DNA of 64,000 bases, from positions 20,000,303 to 20,064,302 of the forward strand of contig CM082577.2 in the NCBI GenBank assembly GCA_040954595.2, in the 5' to 3' direction. Every line of letters begins with the position of its first letter. Within the stretch, counting starts at the first letter, position 1. Under the pieces are notes generated by a model. It saw only the letters and a program-made list of their open reading frames with translations, had not been told where the DNA came from and did not search any database. Origin of the DNA: Balanoglossus misakiensis (lineage: Eukaryota; Animalia; Hemichordata). Made by a program: the position numbers and the translations under genes. Shown here in pieces: positions 10,420 to 22,934 of this stretch.

Positions 10420-13331
10420 CTAGAAAGTAAAACAAATATGAAATGAAAGACTGAAATGTTGCAGCTGCATTAAATTTATGCCAACAATCCATCAGTTTGC
10501 TGCCCCACTTTATTAAAATTTGTATACTATTATTAGTCAGATATTTTGGCCAATTTATACCAAACGATTTTCAACTCAAACACAACCCCAAAATACTATT
10601 TACTATTTTCATCAGTAATCAATTTTTTTTACCAAAAAACCTCACATTTAATTGGTCTGTCAACATTATTTTCATAATGCAGTTATAACTGTTTGGTGTT
10701 TAAGTGATAGAGCTTTATCCAAGAGAAAGTTCATTCCATTTTCTTTAATTAAATCACTTAAACAGTTAAACCAAAATCTTTTGTTAGTGTCATTTATCAT
10801 TTGCTTCAGGAAAGTTTCTTTAGAAAGATTAGAATTTGGGAGTTGTACAATATAAAACCAGCAGTATTTACAATATTAAGTGTATGTGGATTACATTCAG
10901 AAATTGACATTGAGAATTAGAAGAAAATACCTCGATCTATACTACAGTCAAACCTGTCTATAGCCCCCAGTGAAGGGACGGGGAAAGGCAATAAGGGGGA
11001 AAATGGTGGCGAGGAAATAAATTTATGAGCATTGTGATGTTTTCCTCACTTGGAACGGTCAATGCAGCCTATAATTACCGAAAAGATAGACTGTGTTCAC
11101 CTTGACTGTGTTGGTAGGCTTTAACCGAGGAATCACTCCCAAAATACAAAGAGAGACAAGGGTTGAAGCTAGCCCAATACGGCAAAACCTAAGGTTACTG
11201 CGTCAGTGAATTTCAAATTGGACCAATCAAACTTCTAGGTTCACGCTTAGTGCTGGCCAAAGCTGGACTAACAAGCTATTCAATTGGTCCAAATCCGTCC
11301 AATTCCACTAGCCTAGTATCTATGCTTATTTTGTCCGCTTTGCTTCCAAAACTAACGCCAAGCCTCACTCATGCCACTGTCCCAATAAAACCCCATACCC
11401 CTTGCTGGGAATTGTGATGTAACTAGGAAATTCTGCCAACTTTCCATCGATTTTGTACAAAATCGCGCGACTTATAGTATATGGCGAATATGTTTTATTC
11501 TGAAAGAGTGACCTCAAATTATGTAGAAATCAGCAAGGCCAGATTTCCCCTTTAAAGTTAAATCCTACAAATGCGCTTGCAAACTAACTAATAAACACAG
11601 TGATCCCCCTAGCTAGCCAGACTTGGATTTGAACCCAGTTAATATTTTAACTAGGCCGTATTAAATAGCAAATTCAGTTGATATCTGGTTTATCTTAATT
11701 TGCATATATGCACATGCAGAAAGCTGTTAAGGCTGGAAATGTAAGTTTGTATTTTTGTGTATTGTCTGTCTGTCAATGTCATTGCAACCACTGCAGTTTC
11801 ACTCTGATCGATGTCAGTGTTATTGTCGTTTCCTGTGAACATGCATTTTATGTCCAACAGAAATATGACATAGACATACCATTATTTTTTTCCAGGAACA
11901 GAATGACAATGAAATTGACTATATCCTATCCACTGTAGAAGTCATCTCCACCACAAAGACTAAAGAGAATCCCCAACACCATCACAAGTTTGTTCCTCTG
12001 CACAGCAAAGGAACCGAAGGCAAACTTCTCCACAAGCTAGTACAATTCTGCACAGGTGAGGTTTGTTTTTAAATGTGTGTGAAATGTCTGAAAGGCTACT
12101 GTGGTGCATCATGTTTTGTCAGTTCACACATTTTGTCTCTGAAAAGTCGGCTCTACCATTGTAGCCTTGTTTTTGTGTAATTTTTAGGGGGTAATAAAAT
12201 ATTTAAATGTTAGGCAGCATTTTACTGGGGTTCACTCTTGGTATATCCATGCAGTTATATTATGGGACAGCAGAAATTTTATTGGGGTTCCCAAATCAGT
12301 GCCAATATGTAGAATGTCCAATATTCCCCAACTTTAGCAAAACACTGCCTTTTTTAACACGAATGTTACAATATTGCTACCATTATCATCATTGTACCAC
12401 CATGGGCAACATCCTGATATGGTTTTTTGAAGTATATGGTATTTGTATACTGTGAGGTTTGAAACTGACTGTTTAATCTGACCTGTATCACAAAGCAGTT
12501 CTGATCAAATGGGAGTGCTATGTACTTGATGATATTTTTTATACAAATTGCAGGGTCTGCACTGGGTTTCTGATTGTGACACTACAGTGAGAGTGAAAAA
12601 GAAGATTGTGCATCAAAACATTGGGAAGGTGATAAAAAATTTCCTTTTTTGTCAAGAGGCAAACAACGCAGATATTTTATTAAATAAGCTGTTGACATCA
12701 TATGGAACACCACCAAAGACAAACCCAGGTGTACCCAGGTGCCTCCCCGCGGGTGTCATGAAAATGCAGCTTTTCTGTTAGATCTAAATTGTGTTCAAAG
12801 CATTCCAACATATAGATGACATCAGAAGTGATAATGAATGGCAAATTCATCCATACACAGCTAATTGGTGGGCGACTGCTACACTGTCAGGAGAGGGATG
12901 GAAAGGGTTACTCGTGGAAGTAATAAACAAAAGCAAAAAAAGAAAGCCTTCAAACAGCAACGAATTTATCCTACATGTGAATTCCAAGAAAAATGACTTT
13001 CATCTTGTAAAAACTTCCATGTATCTAACAGATGAACACGACAATCCTGTTAATGATGTAGCCACTCTACAATACCACATTGATAATGGTGATGAAATGG
13101 TTAATTTTGAAGTACCTTCATTTGGCTCTACTGCAGTTGGAAAACCATACCATAGCAAAAGAAAGTCAACTTTAGAGCGAGCGAAAGAGTACATGTACTT
13201 GTCACAAGGCCTGTCAACTGCAGTAGTACATCAGAAACTACTTCAGATAGTGGAGGTGCCCTCAGTGCTAAACATCCTGGTGAGATAATCAGCAGGAAAT
13301 CCCTGAGGGAGATGAAAGTTAAAATCAAGAA

Positions 13332-14298
13332 GGTCACATCAACTCTTTTGAGTTGGTATCGTACTCAGCAGATTTTCATTCGCTGGGGTTCATGTATCTC
13401 TGCTGGATTCACTGTCTCTAATGGTGTCAAACAAGGTGGAATCTTGTCACCTAAGTTTTTTAATATTTATGTTGATCAGTTGAGTATGATGTTGTCAAAC
13501 TCCAAAACAGGCTGTAATATTGGAGGATATTTTATCAACCATTTAATGTATGCCGATGATATATGTCTTATTAGTCCCTCGGTCAAGGGGACTCAGAAGT
13601 TGGTCGATATCTGTGGCGACTATGGTAATACTCATGATATTTTATTTAATGACAAAAAGACTAACTGTATGTGTATCAAATCGGATTCTTCTATGATTCG
13701 TCGCATTCCTTCTGTTTATCTTAATGGAGTTAAACTAGCATTTGTAACAAAGAAAAAGCATCTATATTTACCCTCAACAATCATCTCCATGATGATGATG
13801 ATATTGAGCGACAGATGCAATGTTGTTATGTGTCAGCTAATATGCTTAAGAGAAATATTTTCAGATGTACTTTTGACATTAAGAGTATTCTCTTCAAAAC
13901 ATATTGTTATCAAATGTATGGAAGCCCAATGTGGGTAAAATTCACTGTCAGCACAATGAGGAAATTGAAAATTGCATACAACAACGCTGCTCGTATCCTA
14001 TTGGGATATGAAAGACGAAGTAGTGCGAGCTCTATGTTTGTGACGAACAGAATCGATACATTCGATGCCCTGCATTGAAGGCAAATTTTTAGTCTCAAAC
14101 AAAGACTTTTGAACTGCCAAAATGTCATTGTGCGGCAAGTGCATGATATATTGTATTTTAATTTTGAAACTTTGAGCATTTGGGTTAAGCTTCTTTTTGT
14201 CATTTAGATATGTAATCTATTTTCTCCCCTTTCAACTAATCCTACTGTAATATGGACCATGAGTCCGAAATAAAGTTTATAATAATAATAATAATAAT
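13332..14298 (+). mobile_element. 5'-truncated non-LTR retrotransposon (RTEX-like) inside the MULE
   Basis: RT motifs NGVKQGGILSPKFFNIYVDQL and HLMYADDICLISPS, LFKTYC..MYGS..W. AATAAA followed by an (AAT)n tail at 14269-14298. Confidence 0.8.
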
Positions 14299-16290
14299 TA
14301 AAGCTGCAAGCAGCATTGAAGGGGCCCAAGCATTGAGTTAATAACCATAAGACTCCATTCAGGGTTGTACCATTCAAATGCGTAGGCTGTATTTGCTCTG
14401 GATGTAGGATATGGGGAAGTAGGCAACCACCCGAAATGGATGTCTTACAAGTACAAACGCAACAACCAAAGGTGAACTTCTACGTTGTAAGTACTTCAGT
14501 AAGTATACTTCAAAGGTCAGCTGAGGGTACCCAAAAATTAGGATTCTTATTTGGTTCATATTCAAGACAACGGAAAATCCTCGCTGTTTAGGTTTGTCAA
14601 ATTAGATATGGCCATAATAATGAGTTACGCGAGTAAGTTACAGGTGGCCCCAGGAATTTAGCATTTCATGACGCAGAGGGTCCGACCCTACCCCTCCAAA
14701 CACCTGGCTATATATGATGTGCATGCTAACATATGGAAAGCAGGTCAATGGACACCTGAGGTCACCCAAAAATTTGACAAAAAATGTTCATTCCTGTTTA
14801 TGTCATGTGCAACAAATCCTACATTTGCAGCCCTTTCACTTTGCTTACCATTAGGTATGCACGTAATACATGAATCAAGCAGGTGTCGCAGGTATCCCCC
14901 TGTATTTGGCATTTCATGATAGTTTCATCCCTCCAAATACCAAAGCTGCACCTGTACAACGGGCTGAGATATGGCACTGTACGACAGAGGTCATCCAAAT
15001 CAACTTATACATTTGGGCAAAAACAAAGTGACACTTACATTCGTCCCCGTGGAACAAAAACTACACCTATTGCCCTGTTGGTTAGTGTCCAATTAAATGT
15101 ACAAAATCAATGACTTAGGCAGGTGCAACAGGTGACCCCGCCTTTGGTATATCATTATGGTCCCATCCGTATATGCCCCCCCCCCCCACCCCCAACGCCA
15201 AAGCTGCATGCATCTGCTGTGGATGCTCACTAAGCAAAAGTAGGCGAAATGTCACATAAGGTCGCCCATAACTTGACAGGAAAATGGGACTTCAAATCGA
15301 TCCATGTGCAACAAATACCACGCTAGCATCCCTTTCATTGACTCCACAATTACGCATGCACATAATAGATTTTCCAGACTGCGTGAAGCTGCGTGCCATT
15401 ACGGGCGACCTGATAACCTCCACGGCCACCTGCGGGCCGAACCCCATATTGAACGTCCAGTTGCAACGTCACGACTGAAGTAGGAACTTTTGAACGGCAA
15501 CGAAGCCTGATCTCTGATTATTGCTGGTACCATACTCCCTTCGTGCAAGAAAATCATTGGTCTGCTGACGTATTTCGGCCACATTAGCGACTGAGGGTCA
15601 AAGTCCGCAGCCGCATTACATTGAATGTTAACCAGAGTAGCCGGGTCTAGATAGAAACATTTGAACGGCAACAGCTAACAAACTCAGCGTAATTCAATAA
15701 AACGCCCTTACACAGCCTGAACGCCGATAATGTATTATCCCAAAATTCATTCCATGGAAAATAATCACTGGTCAGTTTACGTATTTCAGCCGATTTTCCA
15801 AGGACTACTGCAACCCGCCAGAAGTGAGTACATGTACCCTGCTAATGAGATCTCCACAACATTACGTAATGACGGTCAAAGTCCGATGCCCCAGTGTCCG
15901 TCCTCAGCCCACCAAAAAATGCGAAAAATATTACAAAAATCTTCTTCTCAAAATCGACGTGGCCTAGGACCTTGAAATTTGGCACAGGGGATTTTGGCCA
16001 CATGATCTACAAAAATCGCGAAAAGAATGTACATGCCCCCATTAACGTGCAAATTAGGTCAATTTGAAAATTTCGCTCGATTATAGCCACCAAGTCACGT
16101 GACTAATTACAAATTCAAAGGGCAGGTGCACCAGTACTCATGGGCCCCAACGACCGTGCCAAATTTCAAGGTCCTAGGCCACGTCGATTTTGAGAAAAAC
16201 GGGAGCAAAAAAACGACTCAAGAAGAAAGAAGAAAAACTCCAGCAATAACAGAAGGGGACCAAGCGCCTGAGGGCGCTTGGTCCCCTAAT
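14299..16290. mobile_element. HINE-like element (AAAGCTGCAAGCAGC family) inserted in the LINE tail
   Basis: Same end as 6366. Terminal hairpin GGGGACCAAGCGCC-TGAG-GGCGCTTGGTCCCC. Close reverse-complement copy at 45416-47461, with mirrored ORFs in the track. Confidence 0.75.
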
Positions 16291-16543
16291 AAAGAACTGG
16301 AAGAATATGCAAGAGCCAAACAGGAAAACGGGGAGCCAATAGTCCTGGGACATGAGACCTCCCCCTGTGATCTATGGTTCCTTGGTACACAGCAGCAAAT
16401 ATTTGACATAAGAAGATTTTGCTGTGAAGACATTTGCAGTTATCCACTCAGTGTGGATCCAACATTCAGCATTGGTAGGTTTGAATGCAGCCCATTTACA
16501 TACAGGCATATACTACTGAAGAGTAAGAGGTCAGGCCAGCCAC

Positions 16544-16731
16544 CAATCTGATTAAAATCAGATGTAGGGAACGGCGACGTGTTTTTTTTATGCTGTCGCC
16601 TCACACTACATCTGACCAACTCTCAATGGAGATCTCGCTGAACTCTATGAGAATTACTGGGAATCTAAGTGTGAGGCGACAGCATAAAAAAACCACGTCG
16701 CCGTTCCCTACATCTGATTTTAATCAGATTG
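16544..16731. mobile_element. 188-bp foldback MITE with CAA...TTG termini and 9-bp TSD
   Basis: TIR CAATCTGATTAAAATCAGATGTAGGGAACGGCGACGTG. TSD GCCAGCCAC at 16535-16543 and 16732-16740. Removing it restores GQPP-VFLGP. Confidence 0.92.
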
Positions 16732-17188
16732 GCCAGCCACCAGTCTTTTTAGGTCCCATGGCTATGCATCATCAGAAGGATTACACTACATATGAAGATG
16801 ATATGTTCTGTCACATCTACTTTAAGAGAGATTAGAGATCATTTGAAGGCATTCTTAACTGATGGTGAGATGATGCCTTAGTGCAGGCATATATTGTCCG
16901 AGGAATTCCCATCCAGTGTTGGTCTCATGTGTTTTCTACATTATCGAGAAAACTGTAAGCAGTACTTGAGAAAGATTGGAATCACCAATGATGCAGACCT
17001 GACCAGAAGTATTTCTTTGTTATGGCAAAAAATATTTATCTAGTAGCAGTTTTATTTCTATGGTTTCTGTTTGATTTAAGTTGCTTAGTTACCAACACTA
17101 GGTCAAGGCACTTGCTCAATACTTCCTGTCAAGGGCATTACCCCATTACATAATACAGTATCAAAGTTCAACTTCAGTCAAGTGTAAG

Positions 17189-18305
17189 CACAGGGAACTT
17201 AGTAATTTTGTTATTGTTGTTGTTGTTGTTGTTAAGATTGGTAATAAAATTAAAAAAAAATCAATGTGTCATTTCTTGCTATGTTTGTCGATGTTGTAGA
17301 TAACTGTAAAAAAACCCAACCATAATCGTGGAAAACACGACCTAGGTCGCCGAATGTCACTACCGTCTTACATACAGGCAAGGGTGGAATCCACATGCCC
17401 TGGATCTAGGCTCATGGGCCACCTTCAAGGCCCTGAAAAATCACCCCATTCACCAGCGAGCGATTAAATTATGCCACCATAGGCATTGAAATTTATCTCA
17501 CTGACCTAATTTGGGCTTCACTTCATCTATCGACCTGCAAACGAGTGGAAAAACGGCGATTTCCAAGTCGTACCCAGTCAAATTCAATCACATTTGAATC
17601 ACGCGCCCGATGGTGATGGCTCCATTTTCTCTGCCTATTTAAATTGACCAATCGGGCGCCCTGTAAAGCAACACCCGGAAGTGTACGTTCTGACTATCGA
17701 CTGCACTGTATTCAAGACGTAAAATGGTAGATTTTATGACAAAGAGTTGGGAAGTATCCATTTATCTGTATGACTCTTAAGGTTTCGCCTCCCTTTTTTC
17801 GCGTTATTTTGAACGCAGTTACACGTACTCGTACGAGTTGAGCAATAAACAATCGGGTGGCCGAGGCAGCCTTTACAGGGCGCCCGATTGGTCAATTTAA
17901 ATAGGCAGAGAAAACAGAGCCATCACCATCAGGCGCGTAATTCAAATGTGATTGAATTTGACTGGGTACGACTTGGAAATCGCCGTTTTTCCACTCGTTT
18001 GCAGGTCGATAGATGAAGTGAAGCCCAAATTAGGTCAGTGAGATAAATTTCAATGCCTATGGTGGCATAATTTAATCGCTCGCTGGTGAATGGGGTGATT
18101 TTTCAGGGCCTTGAAGGTGGCCCATGTGCCTAGATCCAGGGCATGTGGATTCCACCCTTGCCTGTATGTAAGACGGTAGTGACATTCGGCGACCTAGGTC
18201 GTGTTTTCCACGATTATGGTTGGGTTTTTTTACAGTTATCTACAACATCGACAAACATAGCAAGAAATGACACATTGATTTTTTTTAAATTTTATTACCA
18301 ATCTT

Positions 18306-18353
<48 letters not shown>

Positions 18354-18380
18354 AATAAGAAAATTACTAAGTTCCCTGTG
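17189..18380. mobile_element. Foldback element with ~480-510-bp TIRs, CA...TG termini and 7-bp TSD (P/Galileo-like)
   Basis: GTGTAAG|CACAGGGAACTT ... AAGTTCCCTGTG|GTGTAAG. Arms 17189-17668 and 17871-18380, with a ~200-bp spacer. Confidence 0.88.
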
Positions 18381-18629
18381 GTGTAAGTGTTAAGTTTCAG
18401 AAGCACATGGGTTTTCAGAGAGTAAAGCATTGTGCTGAAGAGAGAATGTCAGTTTTAGCTTAAAACACACTAAAAAAAGACGGACCAGTCCAAGAGTTGT
18501 ATTGTTTTTGATGGGCTAACAGCCAGATGGTCATATAATTCCAGTAAGCCTATTTTTCAAGCTTTAATATTCCGTAAAAATGAGTTTATTCGTGGACTGT
18601 GAATGCCACACTCGTTGGCCATTCTCTCC

Positions 18630-19063
18630 TAGCCCGGAGACACAGGCGTAGTAGGGGAAAAGGAACGCCCGGGGACAGTCTCTATTTACGCACCGAATTC
18701 TGTGCGCAGAACGACACGGGTGGTAAATCTTGTGTGTAAGCTAATTGGTCACTCAATGTAACAATGTGTAAACCAAATGACATCATCGCATTCTAAATAA
18801 GGAAATAGAGGTGGAGTCATGTGTGAAATTCCCGCAACGGGGTGTGGGAGTGGTTTTGAAGGTGTATGAATATTCATAACCAAGCTTTGTTTATTATATC
18901 ATCCAACCACTGGCGCCCGTCAACATTTGATAGATCACTCGTTATCCATTCGTTACTAAGCGACCCTGATCGTTGCCAGGGCTACTATCTTTCAGCTCAG
19001 CAGGAAATTTATCGACTGTCCCCGGGCGTTGTATTCTAGATCGACGCCTGTTTCTCCGGGCTA
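18630..19063. mobile_element. Second copy of the TAGCCCGGAG MITE
   Basis: Aligns to 845-1240 with both TIRs present. The flanks do not form a TSD. Confidence 0.85.
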
Positions 19064-20389
19064 GTATGCCGCTACATCTTGATAAAAACATTTGGCTGCA
19101 AGGATATGGCTGAAGAGGGTATTTTGGATGCATGTGACAAAAAGGACTTGAAAGCCAGACTGAAATCTATGAAACAGCCCATGGCAGAGAAAGAAAGAGA
19201 GCTCTTGAAAGTCACCAATGAGCAATACCAGTCCAAATACTGGTCATATGTGGAGAAACACTATGACATGATGAAGTAGTCAGCATGATAGCCTCTGCAA
19301 AAATGAAGGCCGGCATGCCAGTTGATGACAGTGGAGTTCCCTATAGAGGTTACACTAATCAGTCAGAAAGTACAAATCTCATTCTGACACGGCAAAAGGC
19401 CTAGGAGGCTGTAATCAAGGCAAAGAAATCAGACAGAGAGGACTTCACTAAGATGGAAGTCACTACAGACATATTTGAACCGGTAGTGGAACGTCAACAG
19501 CATGAGCTTACTCTGGCAGTAATTGGCATGAGTGATGAGTATGAGTTAGCAGATATGGCTGAACACCTGGCTGTAAGCCCACAAGACTGGTTTGACTGGA
19601 CAGAAGTACAAAGGAAAGATTACATGGAGCAATTCAATAAGATGACCCTGCGTGATATCTTTTCGAAGAAGCCAATCGAGTATCTGCTGCCAGAACCGGA
19701 GAATGAGTGGATCAGTCTAAGCATAGATGTAAAGGATATCCTGAGTAAATTTCTTGATGTAAATGCTGAGGTAGCTGATGTTGTTCACAAGGCAGCTGTT
19801 GAGTTGCTGAAAAACAAGGGAGCCATACAGAAGAAAGCTACACTGCAGGCTGAGTGTCCACATGAATGGTGTGTTAATTGCATCAAGAAGTGTGAAGACA
19901 AAGTCATATTGCTGCCGAGAATATAGTGACCACATTATTTGTGAGTGCCAGCATTATAAAGGAGAGAAGATTTGTGGCCATTCACTTAGTGTTGCCGATA
20001 AAGTTGGTAAGTTGGCAACACACTTCGACTGGTTCTTGTATAATATTAGAGAGGTTCGGCTACACGTGAACGCGCAACATCATGAATTTCTGTTATGACA
20101 TCATCAAGTTTTGTGTAAAGTTTGACGTTCACGTAAAAGTCTTCGCTTTTTTTACGTTGAGATAGGTGTTTTCACGTTAGTTGCAAACGTGAAAAGTTAT
20201 TCTCATTTGGGGCAACAAAAAATCATATTATCTACGAAATATGTGTATGCCTTGTTAGCTTGATATCTCATTGTGACAAACAAAAATGCATTTTTTTTTT
20301 TTAGTCATTTCATGTGAAATTTTGTCATCAATTTGTATGGTCGCCCGAGGGTTGAATCCGTAGTTGCAGTGCAGCGACTCGGTGTAACG

Positions 20390-21477
20390 AGTGTAACTAT
20401 TGTGCGGGTCAGTGCGGGTCAGGGGTTGTTGGCCGGTGCGGGTTGCGGGCCAGTGCGGGTCAACACTTTCAATATGACAATCATGTCCTAAGATTGTTGA
20501 AAAATATATCCTGTAACCAGCACACACCATATCATACACAAATAAACACAAGTTTTTTTTAAAATATGTATGTAAATTTTTATTCAATAACTCTTTGTGT
20601 CTTATATTTCCATTTTTCTGCTTGTCCACTTGCAAGGGATAAAGTTTTTGTTTCTAAGAAACAATCCAGCTCTGGCCAGGAAGTCAAATAGGGACTTAAC
20701 ACGAGATCTTCTTTGAAAATATTATGTCTTCCATGGTTTATTATGTCTCATAAAGCCTATCAGTATGACATCACTGAAATAAAGTGGTAAGAACATCACT
20801 TTTAGTACCAAAATTTTCTAAACAAGCAAAGATTGTCAATTTTCACAATCTGCTGATTGTTCAATTCAAGTTTTGCAAGTACTTGCTTGACAAGTTAATC
20901 TGATTTTATGTATTTTTTCACTTTAAAATGTACACTACAACAAACAAAAACAAAAACAAAAATGTCCAAAGTGCAGGGATAACACAGAAAGATTAAGTAC
21001 TTATTTCCACTGTGGTCCCACAAATAATATCAGACTGCTTTTAAGACCTCGAGGGATAACACATTATGAAAATCTAATCCTCTTCATATGTCATCAAAAT
21101 GTGAAAAATTGTACGCGTAAAACTAGACTAGCCCACTAGTCGCTTGGTGATTTTTAAATCTCAATACTTTTTGTGTTTTCGTACGTACCTAATGTCGGCG
21201 GACATCTTGACCGGATGGCGGGAAAGCATGACGTCACTGGTGGCGCACTACACGACCCGCTATGCAGCCAGCATCCTTGGTCGATTCCATTGTAATATTG
21301 AAAGATGTTGTATTTTTCGAGGTATTCACGAAAGTTATTATGGTATAAGAGGAACTGGGATTATATTTTGGGTTCATTTTATTCCAAGAAACAATTGCAC
21401 AGAAGTCTCATTCGTTTTTGGGGCGACCCGCAAATTGGCCCGCACCTTGACCCACTGACCCGCAAAATAACGATACT
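20390..21477. mobile_element. Old non-autonomous DNA transposon with TGCGGGT subterminal repeats
   Basis: TGCGGGTC clusters at 20400-20460 and the complementary GACCCGCA clusters at 21425-21465 in inverted orientation. No TSD resolved. Confidence 0.5.
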
Positions 21478-22318
21478 GATATAACGCGGACGCACTTTTC
21501 AGTATCACACAGTCTTTGAGCAAGACTTTTGGTATATGTACGGTGAAAATTCTGTTTTATCTGTCAAAATACTACGACGTTTATATGAGTCGCAGAATGC
21601 TATCACAGGCGAAGTAGGCATTCTTTTCGGGGAAACAAACAAACAAACAAACAAATAAAGAAAGAAAGAAACAACAACCCGGTGTCTTGAATTGAGACTC
21701 CCATTCGTGCGATTGGTTTCTAGTCACATCGACCCCTGACCGTTTCGACCCCCAACACCTATGATCACCTCAACCCCTATGAATTAATTCGGGGAGACAA
21801 ACTCAGTGGTGTGAATGTGACCCCAGGAAGATAAACATCAAAATTATCCAAACGATCGGCAAATAGAACAAATAGAGTCAAAATAAGAAATCCAATCAAT
21901 TATTTAGACTTTCCCATGTAAATACTTTACCCATATCGCTTTCGCTTCTTTTAGATCACGTAAGATATCCGAAATTCACGAAAATTTTGATGTTTTTATT
22001 GAAATTTGCAAATGAACTTCGACCTGCAATGGCGTCTGGGTAACCGAGACTATTTTCTCTCGGGAGTTTTTATTCGCTTCTATAAAGCATTTAAAAAACC
22101 AGAAGTCCTATCCGTATTTGTATTTATCCAAGTCAATGAAATAAATGATATTATTTATATACTATCTCCAAGTTTAACGAATCGCCGAAGACGGATTGTT
22201 TATTTTGCTGGGGTCACGAAGCTGAGGCTGGGGTCACGAAGGGTCACGAAGCTGAGGCTGGGTCACGAAGCTGAGGATGAGGATGAGGCCAACTTCACGC
22301 TCGTTGAATATCCGCCTT

Positions 22319-22385
22319 TAGTCTAGAATCTATCCGTTCGTAGTCGCCCTACTACCGCGACTACGAACGGATAGATTCTAGACTA
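22319..22385. mobile_element. 67-bp minimal hairpin derivative of the TAGTCTAGAATC family with 9-bp TSD
   Basis: ATCCGCCTT|TAGTCTAGAATCTATCCGTTCGTAGTCGC-CCTACTACC-GCGACTACGAACGGATAGATTCTAGACTA|ATCCGCCTT. Confidence 0.92.
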
Positions 22386-22399
22386 ATCCGCCTTGAGCA

Positions 22400-22545
22400 A
22401 AAGAAAGTTTTGTCCGCGCAAAGAATTAGTTTTGTCCGGCGGAATAAGAGTTGTGTCCGACAAAATTAGAGTTCTGTCCACCAATTAGAGAGTTTTGTCC
22501 AGCAAAATTAAAGTTGCGTCCGCTTAATTAGAGATTTTGTCTGTC
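22400..22545. repeat. Degenerate short tandem repeat (AGAGTTTTGTCC motif), probably subterminal repeats of a decayed transposon
   Basis: About seven recurrences of RGTTTTGTCC-like motifs at ~20-nt spacing. Confidence 0.5.
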
Positions 22546-22861
22546 ATATACGGGCTGCGTGTTTACTGCGTTACACATGTTACACAGTGTCGGAGGCCGT
22601 GTAACAGCGGGAGCACGCAGACCTGTACGCAGAGCTAGGGCACAGTCCCTCTATGACACTGGCTGGGGCCAAGGTGATACGATTGCTGATCGTCAGCTGG
22701 GAATAAACACTTGACCCGACCGGTGTCTGTGCTCATATATTGTCCATTGATTCGGAACTTCATGCAAATTACTAATTGTATACACATCACCCACCCCCTA
22801 CCCCACACACGCGAGATTATCGGTACCGCCATAGATGGCAATTACTTGACTATGCACTTAC

Positions 22862-22934
22862 CTTTAATGCTTTCCAAATTTGCATAAACTAGGCCAATAT
22901 GCTTAGAAGCCGTTCTGATATTCCTAGCAGCCAT
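22862..22934 (-). CDS. ABAT: ABAT coding exon 1 (start, mitochondrial presequence-like)
   Basis: ATG GCT GCT AGG... gives MAARNIRTASKHIGLVYANLESIK+G|gtaagt, 73 nt. The phase-1 donor fits the exon 2 acceptor. Basic N-terminus. Confidence 0.75.

Larger units (their letters stand above)
12554..20040 (+). pseudogene. Fragmented MULE (Mutator-like) transposase with C-terminal SWIM zinc finger
   Basis: After removing insertions: LSVDPTFSIGRF..FTYRHILL..GQPP|VFLGPMAMHHQKDY..TDGE..FP..LMCFLHYREN (MULE DDE core, 16292-16990), YTNQSESTN (~19350) and CECQHYKGEKICGH (SWIM, ~19940-19980). Many stops and frameshifts. Termini not found and boundaries are approximate. Confidence 0.7.

Noticed and set aside
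11395-11446. Alternative ABAT first exon (MESWQNFLVTSQFPAR, phase 1, gtatgg)
   Set aside because: Weaker donor and not presequence-like. 22862-22934 fits better, though RNA data are needed to exclude it.
11605-11640. tRNA B-box-like GGGTTCAAATCC on the minus strand
   Set aside because: No cloverleaf or A-box is recognisable. At most a SINE remnant.
18621-19072. 9-bp TSD for the second TAGCCCGGAG copy
   Set aside because: The flanks ATTCTCTCC and GTATGCCGC do not match, so no TSD is claimed. An adjacent deletion is possible.
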